64,000 nt of DNA from Clostridia bacterium (GCA_051891435.1 JBJFFE010000072.1:8084-72083); one strand, 5' to 3'. Shown: positions 28,533-38,824, counted from the stretch's first letter. The notes: generated by a model from the letters alone, not told the origin. A program made the numbers and translations.

Positions 28533-29963
28533 TTATATGTGTTTTATGTTTGTATATTTAGAAATATCATTATTTGTAGTAACTATATCATAATTACTTA
28601 AACTATGTATATCATAATTTCCTGTTATTCTTGCAAATGTTTTAAGTTCATCATTTACTACATTAAAATAATTTTCTAATCTTTTGCTACTTTCTTCTAT
28701 ATGAAATCTTTTTCTCAATTCAGGATCTTGTGTTCCAATTCCAACTGGACATTTTCCTGAATTACAAGACCTATATTGTTGACACCCTATTGCAATCATA
28801 GCAGCAGTTGCAATTGCAACTGCATCAGCTCCCATAGCAATTGCTTTTGCAAAATCTCCAGATGTTCTAAGTCCTCCTGTAATAATTAATGAAATATCTT
28901 CATTGTGCTCATCTAAATATTTTCTAGCTCTATATAATGCGTAGATTGTTGGTACTGTAGTAGTATCTTTTATAATTTTAGGGCTTGCTCCTGTTGCTCC
29001 GCCTCTACCATCTATTGTAATAAAATCAGGTTTTGCATAACATGCAAAGTCTAAATCTTCTTCTATATGTCCTGCTGCAATTTTTATACCAATTGGTCTT
29101 CCTTCTGATTTTGTTCTTAATTCTGAAACTAAGTATTTTAAATCTTCTCTGGTTTTAATTTCTTCAAATTTAGATGGACTAATTACATCTTCATGTACAT
29201 TTTTACCTCTTATTTTTGCAATTTCTTCTGTTACTTTTTCTCCTGGAAGGTGTCCCCCCATTCCTGGTTTTGTTCCTTGACCAATTTTTATTTCAATCGC
29301 ACTTACTTTCTTTAAGTTTTTATCATTTACACTATATTTATTAGGAACATATTCAAAAATATATTGATATGAGTTTTCGAATTCTTCTGGTAGTATTCCA
29401 CCTTCTCCACTACATATAGCAGTTTTTACTCTACTTGTTCCTATTGCTAATGCTGTTTTGGCTTCTTTTGATAGAGCACCAAAAGACATGTGCGATACAA
29501 AAACAGGAGATTCTAATACCATAGGTTTTTTTGCATTTTTTCCTATAATTGTTCTTAAACTTACTTCTTCATCATCAAAAAGAGGCATCTTATTTAGTTG
29601 TCCTCCAAGTATTAAAATATCATTCCAACTAACTACTGGTAATTTTGTCCCCATTGCTGATATAATACTTCTTCCCTCTATTGCCATAGTATGGATATCT
29701 GACATGTTTTTTTCTTTTTCATCAGAATCACGCTTATATTCTTTTAGGTAGCTTTTTAATTTATTCTCCTTATGTTCTCCTTGGTTTGTTTCTTCTTTTT
29801 TGTTTTCTGTATTGTTATTTTCTTCTACTAATTTAAACATATTCTTTGGTGCAAAACACATTGGGCAGGTCCAATCATCTGGTAAATCTTCGAATTTAAC
29901 TCCCTCTTTTTCCTCATCATAAATATGCCCACATAATTGACATTTATACTTTGCCATATTCAT
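28533..29963 (-). CDS. rubredoxin domain fused to FMN-binding glutamate-synthase-like (GltB domain 2) protein
   Basis: N-terminal [10 protein letters not shown]...[10 protein letters not shown] (rubredoxin). C-terminal GEGG...[16 protein letters not shown]...[11 protein letters not shown] (GltS FMN domain). Confidence 0.85.
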   Translation of the reverse strand: MNMAKYKCQLCGHIYDEEKEGVKFEDLPDDWTCPMCFAPKNMFKLVEENNNTENKKEETNQGEHKENKLKSYLKEYKRDSDEKEKNMSDIHTMAIEGRSIISAMGTKLPVVSWNDILILGGQLNKMPLFDDEEVSLRTIIGKNAKKPMVLESPVFVSHMSFGALSKEAKTALAIGTSRVKTAICSGEGGILPEEFENSYQYIFEYVPNKYSVNDKNLKKVSAIEIKIGQGTKPGMGGHLPGEKVTEEIAKIRGKNVHEDVISPSKFEEIKTREDLKYLVSELRTKSEGRPIGIKIAAGHIEEDLDFACYAKPDFITIDGRGGATGASPKIIKDTTTVPTIYALYRARKYLDEHNEDISLIITGGLRTSGDFAKAIAMGADAVAIATAAMIAIGCQQYRSCNSGKCPVGIGTQDPELRKRFHIEESSKRLENYFNVVNDELKTFARITGNYDIHSLSNYDIVTTNNDISKYTNIKHI

Positions 29964-29972
29964 TCCTCCTTA

Positions 29973-30104
29973 TTATTTATTATTTTTTTCATTGTCATAT
30001 TCTTTTAATGCATTCTTTACTGCCATTTTTATAACAAAATATGCAACAATTGAAATTACAGCTATCACAATTGCATACATAAATAAAGTTGCTATTGCTA
30101 CCAT
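29973..30104 (-). CDS. unannotated 43-aa single-TM protein, first gene of the rubredoxin-GltS operon
   Basis: GAGGGA RBS. MVAIATLFMYAIVIAVISIVAYFVIKMAVKNALKEYDNEKNNK. Its stop codon begins the string TAATAAGGAGGAATG, which supplies the RBS and start of the next gene. Confidence 0.5.
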   Translation of the reverse strand: MVAIATLFMYAIVIAVISIVAYFVIKMAVKNALKEYDNEKNNK

Positions 30105-30160
30105 ATTTTATCCCTCACTTTCATTAATTAAGCTTATAATATTTTCTACATCTTTGTAAT

Positions 30161-30418
30161 TTAATTGACTTTCCACCTTTTTAAAGTCGGAAATAATTTC
30201 TTACAATGTTCTTTCATTTCTTCATTAGTCATGCCTGCTTGTGAACCAAATTGAGAACACATTTCTATATATTCTTCAATTGTAACTTTATCTATAAATT
30301 CCCCATCTTTATAACAATATATGCAATAATCCTCATTTCTACTTCCGTCTTTATTTGTTCCTAATTGTTCATTTGAAGTTATAGGCATTCCACAACTTTG
30401 ACATATTTTGTTTTCCAT
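30161..30418 (-). CDS. zinc-ribbon domain protein
   Basis: CQSCGMPI...YCIYCYKDGEF pattern; 85 aa. Confidence 0.7.
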   Translation of the reverse strand: MENKICQSCGMPITSNEQLGTNKDGSRNEDYCIYCYKDGEFIDKVTIEEYIEMCSQFGSQAGMTNEEMKEHCKKLFPTLKRWKVN

Positions 30419-30419
30419 T

Positions 30420-31256
30420 TTATATTTCCTCCTTAAATTCTATTTTTATTTCTCCAATTCCACCATCTATATCTATATAATTTTTTCCTGTTCCATATAC
30501 TCTATCCATTTCAAGCTTTTGTCCATCAAGTGTAACCGTTCCAATCCCTTTACTTACATTAATAGTATAATTTTCAGCACTATCTAGTAAATCTATATTA
30601 ATAGCCCCAACTCCAGAATCTATTTCATTTTTCCCTGTTAATATACCATTAAAAACAAATTCTCCCATTCCAAGATTTGCTTTTAAATTGTTTATTTCAC
30701 AAGATTTTAATTCTGCTTTACCTACTCCGCCATCAATCTTTGCTTCTTTTGTTACTATTAAATTTTCTATATACACATCTCCAGCACCTAATTCAAGATA
30801 TAAATTTTGTGTATTTAAATTTTCTATATTTATTTTTCCAGCTCCTGTTTCTATTTTCGTTTCATCTATGGCTATCATATCTTCTGGAATATAAATTATT
30901 AAATTACTTTCCTTGTTATTATTGTTTAACCAGTTTCGATTTTCCTCTTTTATTTTTACACTACCATTATCATTTGTAAAAGTTATTTTTGAATTATTAG
31001 TTTCAACTGTAAAATTATCTCCTGCTTTTATGTCTAAATTTGTACACGCTAAATCTATTTTTAATGTTGATACTTCTTTTACTTCACTTGATATTATTTT
31101 TAAATCTTCTGTTATAATATTCTTATTTGTATTAATTAGACCAAATGCACTTAGCAAGGCATATCCACCACTTAATATCGCGGATATTATTGTAACAATT
31201 AAAAATATGGCAAAAGCCAAAGCAAAGTATTTTATTATTTTTTGTGCTGTTGTCAT
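30420..31256 (-). CDS. DUF4097-type beta-strand-repeat ('putative adhesin') protein with N-terminal TM anchor
   Basis: Repeated GxGxhxh beta-strand units (GAGKINIEN, GAGDVYIEN, GVGKAELKS, GMGEFVFNG, GVGAINIDL, GIGEIKIEF). Confidence 0.7.
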   Translation of the reverse strand: MTTAQKIIKYFALAFAIFLIVTIISAILSGGYALLSAFGLINTNKNIITEDLKIISSEVKEVSTLKIDLACTNLDIKAGDNFTVETNNSKITFTNDNGSVKIKEENRNWLNNNNKESNLIIYIPEDMIAIDETKIETGAGKINIENLNTQNLYLELGAGDVYIENLIVTKEAKIDGGVGKAELKSCEINNLKANLGMGEFVFNGILTGKNEIDSGVGAINIDLLDSAENYTINVSKGIGTVTLDGQKLEMDRVYGTGKNYIDIDGGIGEIKIEFKEEI

Positions 31257-31936
31257 TTTATTTCAACACCTCCAAATACCGCTATTCCATTTATATAAAC
31301 TGTATGACTCTTTTCATCTTCTTTTGTATTTGCTTTATTTTCAACTCCTCCAAATATTGATGTTGATTTTGTTTTTATTTTGACATTTGATGGTACATAT
31401 ATTTCAATTCCTCCAAATGTGCTACTTGCATTAATTACTACATCTGAATCTATAATAGCTTTTCTTAAATCACATTTAACTCCACCAAATACAGCTGTTA
31501 AATCTGCTCCTGTAAATTTCTCTCCATCAAAATTTACATTTTGACCTGAAAATGTTGCACAGTACGAATTTTCTCCATTTCTCTTTTCATTTAATTTTTT
31601 AATTTCACTACTTACTTTTCCACCTAAAGTATCTTTAAAAATAATTGACAATCCAATTATTACTAAAATTGTAGGGAATGCTAATTTCCATATTAAATCA
31701 AAATCTAAAACATTTTGGCAACCCAAAAGTAATGCTACTCCAATTAATAGTCCTATTAAATTTCCTGTTTTTTCATTTTCTTTAAATAATCCTATAAAAC
31801 ATGGTATGATAATGAATAATGTCCACCATCCATCAAAAAATATATTGATACTTGTTATGCCAAGGGCATTTCCTCCTATTATTAATCCAAGAATAATTAA
31901 AACTATTCCCCATAATACATTTCCAAATTTTTTCAT
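31253..31936 (-). CDS. LiaF-like membrane protein (cell-wall-active antibiotic response family)
   Basis: Four N-terminal TM helices plus a C-terminal beta-rich domain with FGGVE repeats. 4-nt overlaps with both neighbours. Confidence 0.6.
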   Translation of the reverse strand: MKKFGNVLWGIVLIILGLIIGGNALGITSINIFFDGWWTLFIIIPCFIGLFKENEKTGNLIGLLIGVALLLGCQNVLDFDLIWKLAFPTILVIIGLSIIFKDTLGGKVSSEIKKLNEKRNGENSYCATFSGQNVNFDGEKFTGADLTAVFGGVKCDLRKAIIDSDVVINASSTFGGIEIYVPSNVKIKTKSTSIFGGVENKANTKEDEKSHTVYINGIAVFGGVEIK

Positions 31937-32541
31937 TATTTATTTTCCCCCTTTTTATTTAATACCCATTTATTGTTTGGATCTTCTTCTAATAACATTA
32001 ATGCTTGAAATTCATAAGATAGTAAGTCTTGTATTTGGTTATCTGTTAATTTAATAGTACCATTTGCTACTAATGTAGCAATACCATGGCAGAAAATCCA
32101 CATTTTTGTATGAAAATCCTTTATGTCCTCTTCTTTTAAATTTGCGCTTATCTTTATCAATTTCTCAATTTCTTTATAATCTTTTCCATTTTTTGCAACA
32201 AATGCATCAGGTGTTAAACCTGTATCAGACATAAATAAAGTCTGAAATAATTTTTTCTCTTTTTGGGCAAATTTTATATAATTTATTCCAACTTGTTTAT
32301 ATTTTGGTATTCCTTCTAGCATATTATCTAATAAAAATTTGTAAAAATATTGTTCTATTTTCGTATATAGCTCTTTTTGCATTTCTTCTACATTTTCAAA
32401 TTGATAATATATTGGTCTGATTGAACATTTTAACTTGTTTGCTAATTCTCTATTACTTAATTTTTCCATACCATCTTGTCTTACAATTTCAAATGCAGCA
32501 TCTAATATCATATCTTTTGAAATTTTAATTTTTGTTGGCAT
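31936..32541 (-). CDS. TetR family transcriptional regulator
   Basis: N-terminal HTH (ILDAAFEIVRQDGMEKLSNRELANKLKCSIRPIYYQFENVEEM). Heads the LiaF-like/DUF4097/zinc-ribbon operon. Confidence 0.8.
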   Translation of the reverse strand: MPTKIKISKDMILDAAFEIVRQDGMEKLSNRELANKLKCSIRPIYYQFENVEEMQKELYTKIEQYFYKFLLDNMLEGIPKYKQVGINYIKFAQKEKKLFQTLFMSDTGLTPDAFVAKNGKDYKEIEKLIKISANLKEEDIKDFHTKMWIFCHGIATLVANGTIKLTDNQIQDLLSYEFQALMLLEEDPNNKWVLNKKGENK

Positions 32542-32755
32542 TGCTTTCCTCCTTTCTATATCTTATGATATTGTATCACTTAATACATTATTTGTATATA
32601 GTTTTTTTTAATTTTATAAAAATGCACTTACTTTATTCTTAAAGAACTAGTAAATGCCTGTTTTATCTTTTATTTTAATAATTTTTCAAAACTATTTTTA
32701 TTTAATAAAGTAACTGTCATACTTTCTCTTTGTTTTTCTTACTTTAAATTGTAAG

Positions 32756-33340
32756 TCACATAACTCTTTTAAGTAATCCATCTTTATTGCAATATGCATA
32801 TATAATTCCTTTTCCACGATTAAAAAATCTTACTTCTGCATTTTGTTCTGGATATAATTTTACAAGCTCACACCTATCATTTGTTAAATATGCTATAAAT
32901 GAAACATAATGTTCTTTTGTCATTGGATGATTTATTGAAATAAAATATTCATTTTCTAACATTTCACAATTTATTTTATGATTTTTATCTTCTAATTCTG
33001 CTTCTAAAATAGGTAATGTTATTCTACAGCAAGAAATTAGATTCTCTCCCATTGTATGAATAATATTTCCACATATTGGACAAACAGAAAATTTAGAATT
33101 AGTCATATTGCTTGATATATTTTTATTTGTTATACATTCTCCATTCATAAGTTCTATAATTGATACACCTAATGCTTTAGATAATGGATCTATCAAAGAT
33201 ATATCTGGTAATCCTTTTCCTGTTTCCCACTTACTTATTGTTTTATCACTTACTTCAATCATTTTTGCTAATTCTAATTGAGTTATTTCCTTCTTTTCTC
33301 TTAGCTCCTTTATAATTTTTCCAGTTATATAGTTATTCAT
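32756..33340 (-). CDS. XRE-family HTH fused to a desulfoferrodoxin-like (desulforedoxin + superoxide-reductase-like) module
   Basis: N-terminal HTH_XRE (LRELREKKEITQLELAKMIEVSDKTISKWETGKGLP). CPICGNII...LISCC (Dx-type Cys4). INHPMTKEHYVSFIAYL...IIYAYCNKDGLL parallels the SOR motifs HPxTxEHHIxxIELY and YCNxHGLW. Confidence 0.65.
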   Translation of the reverse strand: MNNYITGKIIKELREKKEITQLELAKMIEVSDKTISKWETGKGLPDISLIDPLSKALGVSIIELMNGECITNKNISSNMTNSKFSVCPICGNIIHTMGENLISCCRITLPILEAELEDKNHKINCEMLENEYFISINHPMTKEHYVSFIAYLTNDRCELVKLYPEQNAEVRFFNRGKGIIYAYCNKDGLLKRVM

Positions 33341-33435
33341 TATAAATCTACCTCCTTTAAAGATTATATCAAATATTAATAAAGATACAACCTACTTATC
33401 GTAGAGTTAAGATTTAACACATGTAATTTTAAATT

Positions 33436-34428
33436 CTAATTTTCAATAAATTTTTGTGTTATAAATATTTTATCTAATGTATTTTGTTTCACAGCATTAA
33501 TTATTATGTCTGCAAGGCTATTTAAATTTTTCTCAATATACCTTTGTAATTCTGCATTATCTAATAGTAATTCATTGCATATTTCTTTATATACTTCATT
33601 TATAATATTCTCAATTTCTGCTTTATCTTTATTCTCAAGCATTAAATATATTTCGTTTAATTCTTCTGTAGAAATCGTTAAATCATGCATATCCCTTTTT
33701 ACCAATTTACAAGCAATCGTTTCCAATAATACAATTTCAAAAATATTGATTATTAGTTCTTGATAATCGTGAGAATATCCATACAATAAATACTTAATCT
33801 TTTCTTCAGAAAATTTTTTACAAAATAGGTTTTCTAAATAAAATGAATTCAAATATTCTTTTATAAATTCTACTCCATCTAGTTTTCCTATTAAATTATT
33901 ATATAAAGGATAATCGGCTGTAATCTTCATATCTTGTGCTTTGAAGTCTGGATCATATATTTTTAAAAATCCCTGAATTCCACCAATGATTGTATCATTA
34001 TAAGTATCATTTTCTATATTAAGTTTGCTTTGCTTTACTTTGATATACATTATTCTAATTATATTTAGCATTCTATCTATTTTTTTTCTTCCTTCTTGAT
34101 ATGCCATTTTTAATCCTTTTTCTTTAACTATTTTTACAGCTTCATCTGGGTTTCTAAAAGTTTTTAAATATATACTTATTATGTAATTATTTGAATTTGA
34201 TATTTCTTCTACAATTTCTTTTCTAATAGAAGTACTATCTACTCCATTATATTTATATACTATTTCATCTAGTAGCTGTAAAATCTGCATTTGTATATCT
34301 ACTATATCATTTTCTGTGAGCATTTGTTCTTCATAAGCCACTTCTATTAAAGTTTTAAAATAATTTCGTTCATCTAAATTTTCTCTTTTTATGGTGCTAA
34401 TTATATCAATTTCATTCATAATCTTCAC
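33436..34428 (-). CDS. hypothetical protein (330 aa, helical)
   Basis: Long intact ORF whose start overlaps the upstream ORF by 17 nt. No motif recognised. Confidence 0.6.
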   Translation of the reverse strand: MKIMNEIDIISTIKRENLDERNYFKTLIEVAYEEQMLTENDIVDIQMQILQLLDEIVYKYNGVDSTSIRKEIVEEISNSNNYIISIYLKTFRNPDEAVKIVKEKGLKMAYQEGRKKIDRMLNIIRIMYIKVKQSKLNIENDTYNDTIIGGIQGFLKIYDPDFKAQDMKITADYPLYNNLIGKLDGVEFIKEYLNSFYLENLFCKKFSEEKIKYLLYGYSHDYQELIINIFEIVLLETIACKLVKRDMHDLTISTEELNEIYLMLENKDKAEIENIINEVYKEICNELLLDNAELQRYIEKNLNSLADIIINAVKQNTLDKIFITQKFIEN

Positions 34429-34888
34429 CTTCTTCTATATAATCTATAGGCTTTCCACTTAATAAATTTTCTCTCATTCTATACATAACTGTTCCTGATA
34501 AATATTCAAGATCTCCTTGGCAAATTCCATCAAAAGATCTTTTCATAAACTCTATTAGCTCATCATCTGTAATTAAGTCCATTGTTTCATTTTTGTATTC
34601 ATAAAACATCTCTATCAATTCATATAAGGTTTCAGCATAGTTTTCTTGGTTTATATATGGTGAATCACCAAATTCTTTTATTAACTTATCTATTATTCCT
34701 TCCCTAAATTCAATTCTACCTGTTTCTTTTAAAGTATCTTTTCTTCTTTCTAATAAATTATTTATTTGATCATCTGATAATATTAATCCATATTGGGTTG
34801 TATATTCATTACATTTCTTTATATTAGCAATTTCAATTTGTTTTCTTTTATTTACTATTTCTAAATAAGACTCTTCCATTTTCAACAC
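34412..34888 (-). CDS. hypothetical protein (158 aa, acidic)
   Basis: Intact ORF with GAGGTG RBS, overlapping the downstream partner. Confidence 0.6.
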   Translation of the reverse strand: MLKMEESYLEIVNKRKQIEIANIKKCNEYTTQYGLILSDDQINNLLERRKDTLKETGRIEFREGIIDKLIKEFGDSPYINQENYAETLYELIEMFYEYKNETMDLITDDELIEFMKRSFDGICQGDLEYLSGTVMYRMRENLLSGKPIDYIEEGEDYE

Positions 34889-34973
34889 CTCTTATTTTAT
34901 ATAACACAATAATAGAGAAAAAAACAGTCTTGAATTTTTTGCAATTTTGTGGTATAGTAAGTATAGTAAATAG

Positions 34974-35007
34974 AAAGGGAAATACTTAGGTATAATAGTA
35001 TTTCCCT
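34974..35007. terminator. hairpin terminator 3' of rsgA
   Basis: AAGGGAAATACT / AGTATTTCCCTT 12-bp stem followed by GTTTTTG on the plus strand. Confidence 0.6.
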
Positions 35008-35172
35008 TGTTTTTGTATATAATTTTATTTTATTGGATGTAATTCTATATATCCTTTTTCTCCTCCATATTATCCCTCCACACTATTTAGATTATATATG
35101 AAGCTCAATTTATAAGCTCGACTTAATTTGCTATTTATATTTTTACATTATAAGAATATCATTGGACTGCTA

Positions 35173-36231
35173 TTAGTGCTTTTTATTTACTTTATTATAT
35201 TTTGCTATCTCTTTGAATTTGTTTCTTTTCTCTTTTAAATAGCTTTCGCTATCATTATTATACTTTGCTTCACTTTGTAATTTAATATAGGAATTAAACC
35301 TATCCTGTGATAACTCTCCATTTTCTATTGCTTCTAATATTTTACAACCTGGTTCATTTGTATGAGTACAATCTGAAAACTTACATTTTCCTAAATATTG
35401 TTCTACATCTTTAAATGTTTTATCTAATCCTTCAGTTACCTCCCACATTCCTAATTCTCTCATTCCTGGTGTATCTATAATCATTGCTCCATTGGGTAGC
35501 ATAATTAAATTTCTTGATGTTGTTGTATGCCTTCCTCTAGAATCTTCTTCCCTAATTTCAGATGTTTTCATTATTTCTTCACCATATAAAGTGTTTACAA
35601 GAGTAGATTTTCCAACACCAGATGAGCCTAGAAATACAATCGTTTTTCCTTTTTCAAAATATTTTCTAATATTTTCTATTCCTTCTCCTGTTTTGCAGCT
35701 TATCGCATAAATATCTACTCCTATTGCTATACTTTCTACCTGGTTTATATAACTTGTGTAATCTTCCACTAAATCTCTTTTGGTAAGAATAATAACGGGA
35801 ATTCCTCCAGATTGCCAAGATAACGTTAAATATCTTTCTAGCCTATGCAAGTTAAAATTATCATTTAGAGATTGCATTATAAACACATAATCAAAATTTG
35901 CTGCAACAAGTTGTTCATGTTGTTTATGTAATTCATGGTTTTTGTCACTCGAAGATGCCACTCTTGAAAATGAGCTTTCCCTTCTTAATGTTTCCGTTAT
36001 CATACTTTCTCCATTTTCATTCCATTCAATTAATACAAAATCTCCTGTTGTTGGATAAACTGAATTTGGATTATCATAAAAACATCCTCTTTTAATTTTT
36101 GCAAATCCACTTCCCTTATCACATACAATTTCATATCTTTCTTTATGTGTAGCTATTATTCTTGCTGGAATTTTTCCATTGCTATTATCTCTTATTAAAT
36201 TTTCTTTAAATCCATAATCTTTTATAGTCAT
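35173..36231 (-). CDS. rsgA: ribosome small-subunit-dependent GTPase A
   Basis: Circularly permuted GTPase (TKRDL...GSSGVGKSTLVN...DTPGMRE) with C-terminal zinc knuckle CKFSDCTHTNEPGC. Confidence 0.9.
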   Translation of the reverse strand: MTIKDYGFKENLIRDNSNGKIPARIIATHKERYEIVCDKGSGFAKIKRGCFYDNPNSVYPTTGDFVLIEWNENGESMITETLRRESSFSRVASSSDKNHELHKQHEQLVAANFDYVFIMQSLNDNFNLHRLERYLTLSWQSGGIPVIILTKRDLVEDYTSYINQVESIAIGVDIYAISCKTGEGIENIRKYFEKGKTIVFLGSSGVGKSTLVNTLYGEEIMKTSEIREEDSRGRHTTTSRNLIMLPNGAMIIDTPGMRELGMWEVTEGLDKTFKDVEQYLGKCKFSDCTHTNEPGCKILEAIENGELSQDRFNSYIKLQSEAKYNNDSESYLKEKRNKFKEIAKYNKVNKKH

Positions 36232-36347
36232 TTTTTTTCCTCCATCTTAACTGAAATTTCTTTAATTAAGATACTTCGGAATCCATTTTCAACTTAATAT
36301 TTTTCAAAAAGTTTCTCCTTATTATACATATTTTTATTTTAAAATGA

Positions 36348-37145
36348 TTAAACAAGCTCTTTTTTATCATAATGAATTGTAGTTAAAATCATAAATGCTA
36401 TTGTAATTCCAATTGATAATAATACCATTAAAGGGTTGATAGCTACATTTACAATTACATTTCGAATATCTGCCAACGTAAATACTGATATATATTTTAA
36501 AAATTCTGTGCTTTCTCCCATTTCTGATATGATTTTTAAAAAGTAACTTGCAAATACAATTCCTAAACTTATTCCTATTGTTTTCTTAGTTTTATGTGTG
36601 AAGGTTGATAAGAACAAACATAAAGCAAAGATAACTATTGAAGAAAACAATGGTGTTATACTTAATAATAAATAAGATTTTTTATCAAAATCACCACTCA
36701 AGTCTAATCCTACAAAATTAAATATTCCAACAGTTAGTACCATCAAAACAATATATATAATTCCACATAATATTTTATTAATTACAATCTTTTTTCTTGT
36801 TACTGGAACACTATTTAAATATTCTATTGTTTTATCACTTTCTTCTTTTAATAAAATGTTTGAACCTAGAATTCCACTATAAATTCCTGTAATTAAAAGA
36901 ACAAAGACAAATCCTTCTGTTTTTAACCATCCAAAAGCTGTATCTATACTTGAAATGTCCATATTAAATGCTTTTAACATTTCTTCTGGAAATATTTCCA
37001 TCATTTCGTCTAACATTTGCATATTCTCACTCTTTATAATTGATGGATACACTAAAAATACTACTAAGAATAATATTATTAAAATAGATGTCCAAATAAT
37101 AAAACTTTTTAAATTTATTTTCATTTCTCTTTTAAACATTTTCAT
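36348..37145 (-). CDS. ABC-2 family transporter permease
   Basis: Six-TM protein directly downstream of an ABC ATPase. Confidence 0.75.
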   Translation of the reverse strand: MKMFKREMKINLKSFIIWTSILIILFLVVFLVYPSIIKSENMQMLDEMMEIFPEEMLKAFNMDISSIDTAFGWLKTEGFVFVLLITGIYSGILGSNILLKEESDKTIEYLNSVPVTRKKIVINKILCGIIYIVLMVLTVGIFNFVGLDLSGDFDKKSYLLLSITPLFSSIVIFALCLFLSTFTHKTKKTIGISLGIVFASYFLKIISEMGESTEFLKYISVFTLADIRNVIVNVAINPLMVLLSIGITIAFMILTTIHYDKKELV

Positions 37146-37153
37146 TTTCCTTT

Positions 37154-38029
37154 CTATTGATAATAATGTAAAAACATATCTTCTAGTGTTGCTTCTTCAA
37201 TTAAAATTCTATCAATTTTATATTTTGCAAGTTTCTTAATTAATTCATCATGTGGTAACTTATTTCCAAATTTAATGGTATTTCCATCTCTAGAAACAAC
37301 ATTTACTTTTAAATTTTTTTCTATTTCTTCTATTTGTTCTGATGTTATAGTAACAAATGTTAGATTTTTATTAGATAATTCGTCTATTTTTTCAACTTTT
37401 ATTAATTTTCCATCTTTTATAATTCCAACTCTATCACATATTTTAGATACTTCACTTAAAATATGTGTTGAATAAAATATGGTATTTCCCTTTGCTTTTT
37501 CTTCTTTTAATAAATCGTAAAATACATTTTGCATAATTGGGTCTAAACCGCTTGTTGGCTCATCTAATATTAATATTTTAGGCTCATGCACCAATGCTAA
37601 AATAATACCTAACTTTTTTAAATTACCTAAAGACAAATCTTCTATTTTCTTTTTTTCATCTATTTGTAATCTTTGGACCAATTCTTTTCTTCTATTATGG
37701 ATATTTTTTTTATAGAAACTTTCGTGATAATCTAGCATTTCTCTTACTGTTAAATCATCATATAAATAAATTTCACTTGGCAAATACCCTATTTTTTCTT
37801 TTATTTCTATATCATCTTTATTAAATTCTTTATCTTCTATTATAACCTTCCCACTTGTTTTATTAATTAAATTCATAACCCCACGAATTGTAGTAGATTT
37901 TCCTGCTCCATTTGGTCCAATAAATCCAAATATTTCTCCTTCTTCTAATTTTAAAGATAAATTTTCTACACCTTTTATTTTGCCATAATACTTTGTTAAA
38001 TTCTGAATTTCAAGAATGTTTTTCACCAT
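37154..38029 (-). CDS. ABC transporter ATP-binding protein
   Basis: Walker A GPNGAGKST, signature LSLGNLKKLG, Walker B ILILDEPTSGLD. Confidence 0.92.
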   Translation of the reverse strand: MVKNILEIQNLTKYYGKIKGVENLSLKLEEGEIFGFIGPNGAGKSTTIRGVMNLINKTSGKVIIEDKEFNKDDIEIKEKIGYLPSEIYLYDDLTVREMLDYHESFYKKNIHNRRKELVQRLQIDEKKKIEDLSLGNLKKLGIILALVHEPKILILDEPTSGLDPIMQNVFYDLLKEEKAKGNTIFYSTHILSEVSKICDRVGIIKDGKLIKVEKIDELSNKNLTFVTITSEQIEEIEKNLKVNVVSRDGNTIKFGNKLPHDELIKKLAKYKIDRILIEEATLEDMFLHYYQ

Positions 38030-38242
38030 AAAATTCTCTCCCTATTAATTATTTTTCTCAATATTGTATTCTTTCAAAGCATTTATTTTCAAGTACGTTA
38101 TTATTTTAAAACAGTTAGTTGTATTTATCAAGTAAAAATCAAAAATAAAATATTAAAAGTCAAAAAATTATACATGTTTTAAAAGCATATATAATTTTCT
38201 AAAAAGTAAAGTGTGGACACTGGGACATGTGGCGCCACACAT

Positions 38243-38279
38243 AAAAGCAGATAATTAGCGAGGCTAACTATCTGCTTTT
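38243..38279. terminator. hairpin terminator 3' of hsp20
   Basis: AAAAGCAGATAATTAGC...GCTAACTATCTGCTTTT long stem. Confidence 0.75.
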
Positions 38280-38303
38280 ATAACTTGTAATTTAATCCAT
38301 ATA

Positions 38304-38729
38304 TTATTCTCCATCAATTGGAATATATTTCTTTTCTGGTAATGCTTTTTGTTCTTCCTTCTTTGGAATTTCTAGTTGTAAAGTTCCGTTTTTTAAAGAT
38401 GCTTTTATATCTTCCTCTTTAATCTCTTCTCCTATATAGAAACTTCTTGAGCATTCACCAAGATATCTTTCTTTACGTACAAATTTTCCTTCCTCTTTTT
38501 CTTCTTTTTGTGAATTTGTTGTAGCATGAACTGTTAAGTAACCATCTTCAATTTCTATTTTGATATTTTCTTTTTCGTAACCAGGTAAATCAATGTTAAC
38601 TAGATATTTGTCTTTCTTCTCTTTAATATCTGTTTTCATTAATTTAGTTTCTCCCTCTGTAAAAAATGGATCTCTAAACATTTCATCCCATAAATCAAAA
38701 TCATTTCTCCTTCTTGGTATCATCATCAT
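38304..38729 (-). CDS. Hsp20/alpha-crystallin family small heat-shock protein
   Basis: 141 aa alpha-crystallin domain (DIKEKKDKYLVNIDLPGYEKENIKIEIEDGYLTV...GTLQLEIPK). Confidence 0.92.
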   Translation of the reverse strand: MMMIPRRRNDFDLWDEMFRDPFFTEGETKLMKTDIKEKKDKYLVNIDLPGYEKENIKIEIEDGYLTVHATTNSQKEEKEEGKFVRKERYLGECSRSFYIGEEIKEEDIKASLKNGTLQLEIPKKEEQKALPEKKYIPIDGE

Positions 38730-38824
38730 AATAAATCAACTCCCTTTCTTTTTATGTGTTGACACCATTTTGCTGGTAGCACATATATTTTTTATAAAAA
38801 GTATTATTTACTTTTTACATTTAT

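Noticed and set aside
30913-31383. 156-aa plus-strand ORF, with others at 30677..30979 and 30688..30894
   Set aside because: Antisense to the DUF4097 and LiaF-like genes, which have coherent repeat and TM architecture.
35080-35105. 7-codon mini-ORF (MEEKKDI) with GGAGGG RBS downstream of rsgA
   Set aside because: Too short to evaluate. There is no downstream gene on that strand for a leader-peptide role. Probably a chance occurrence.
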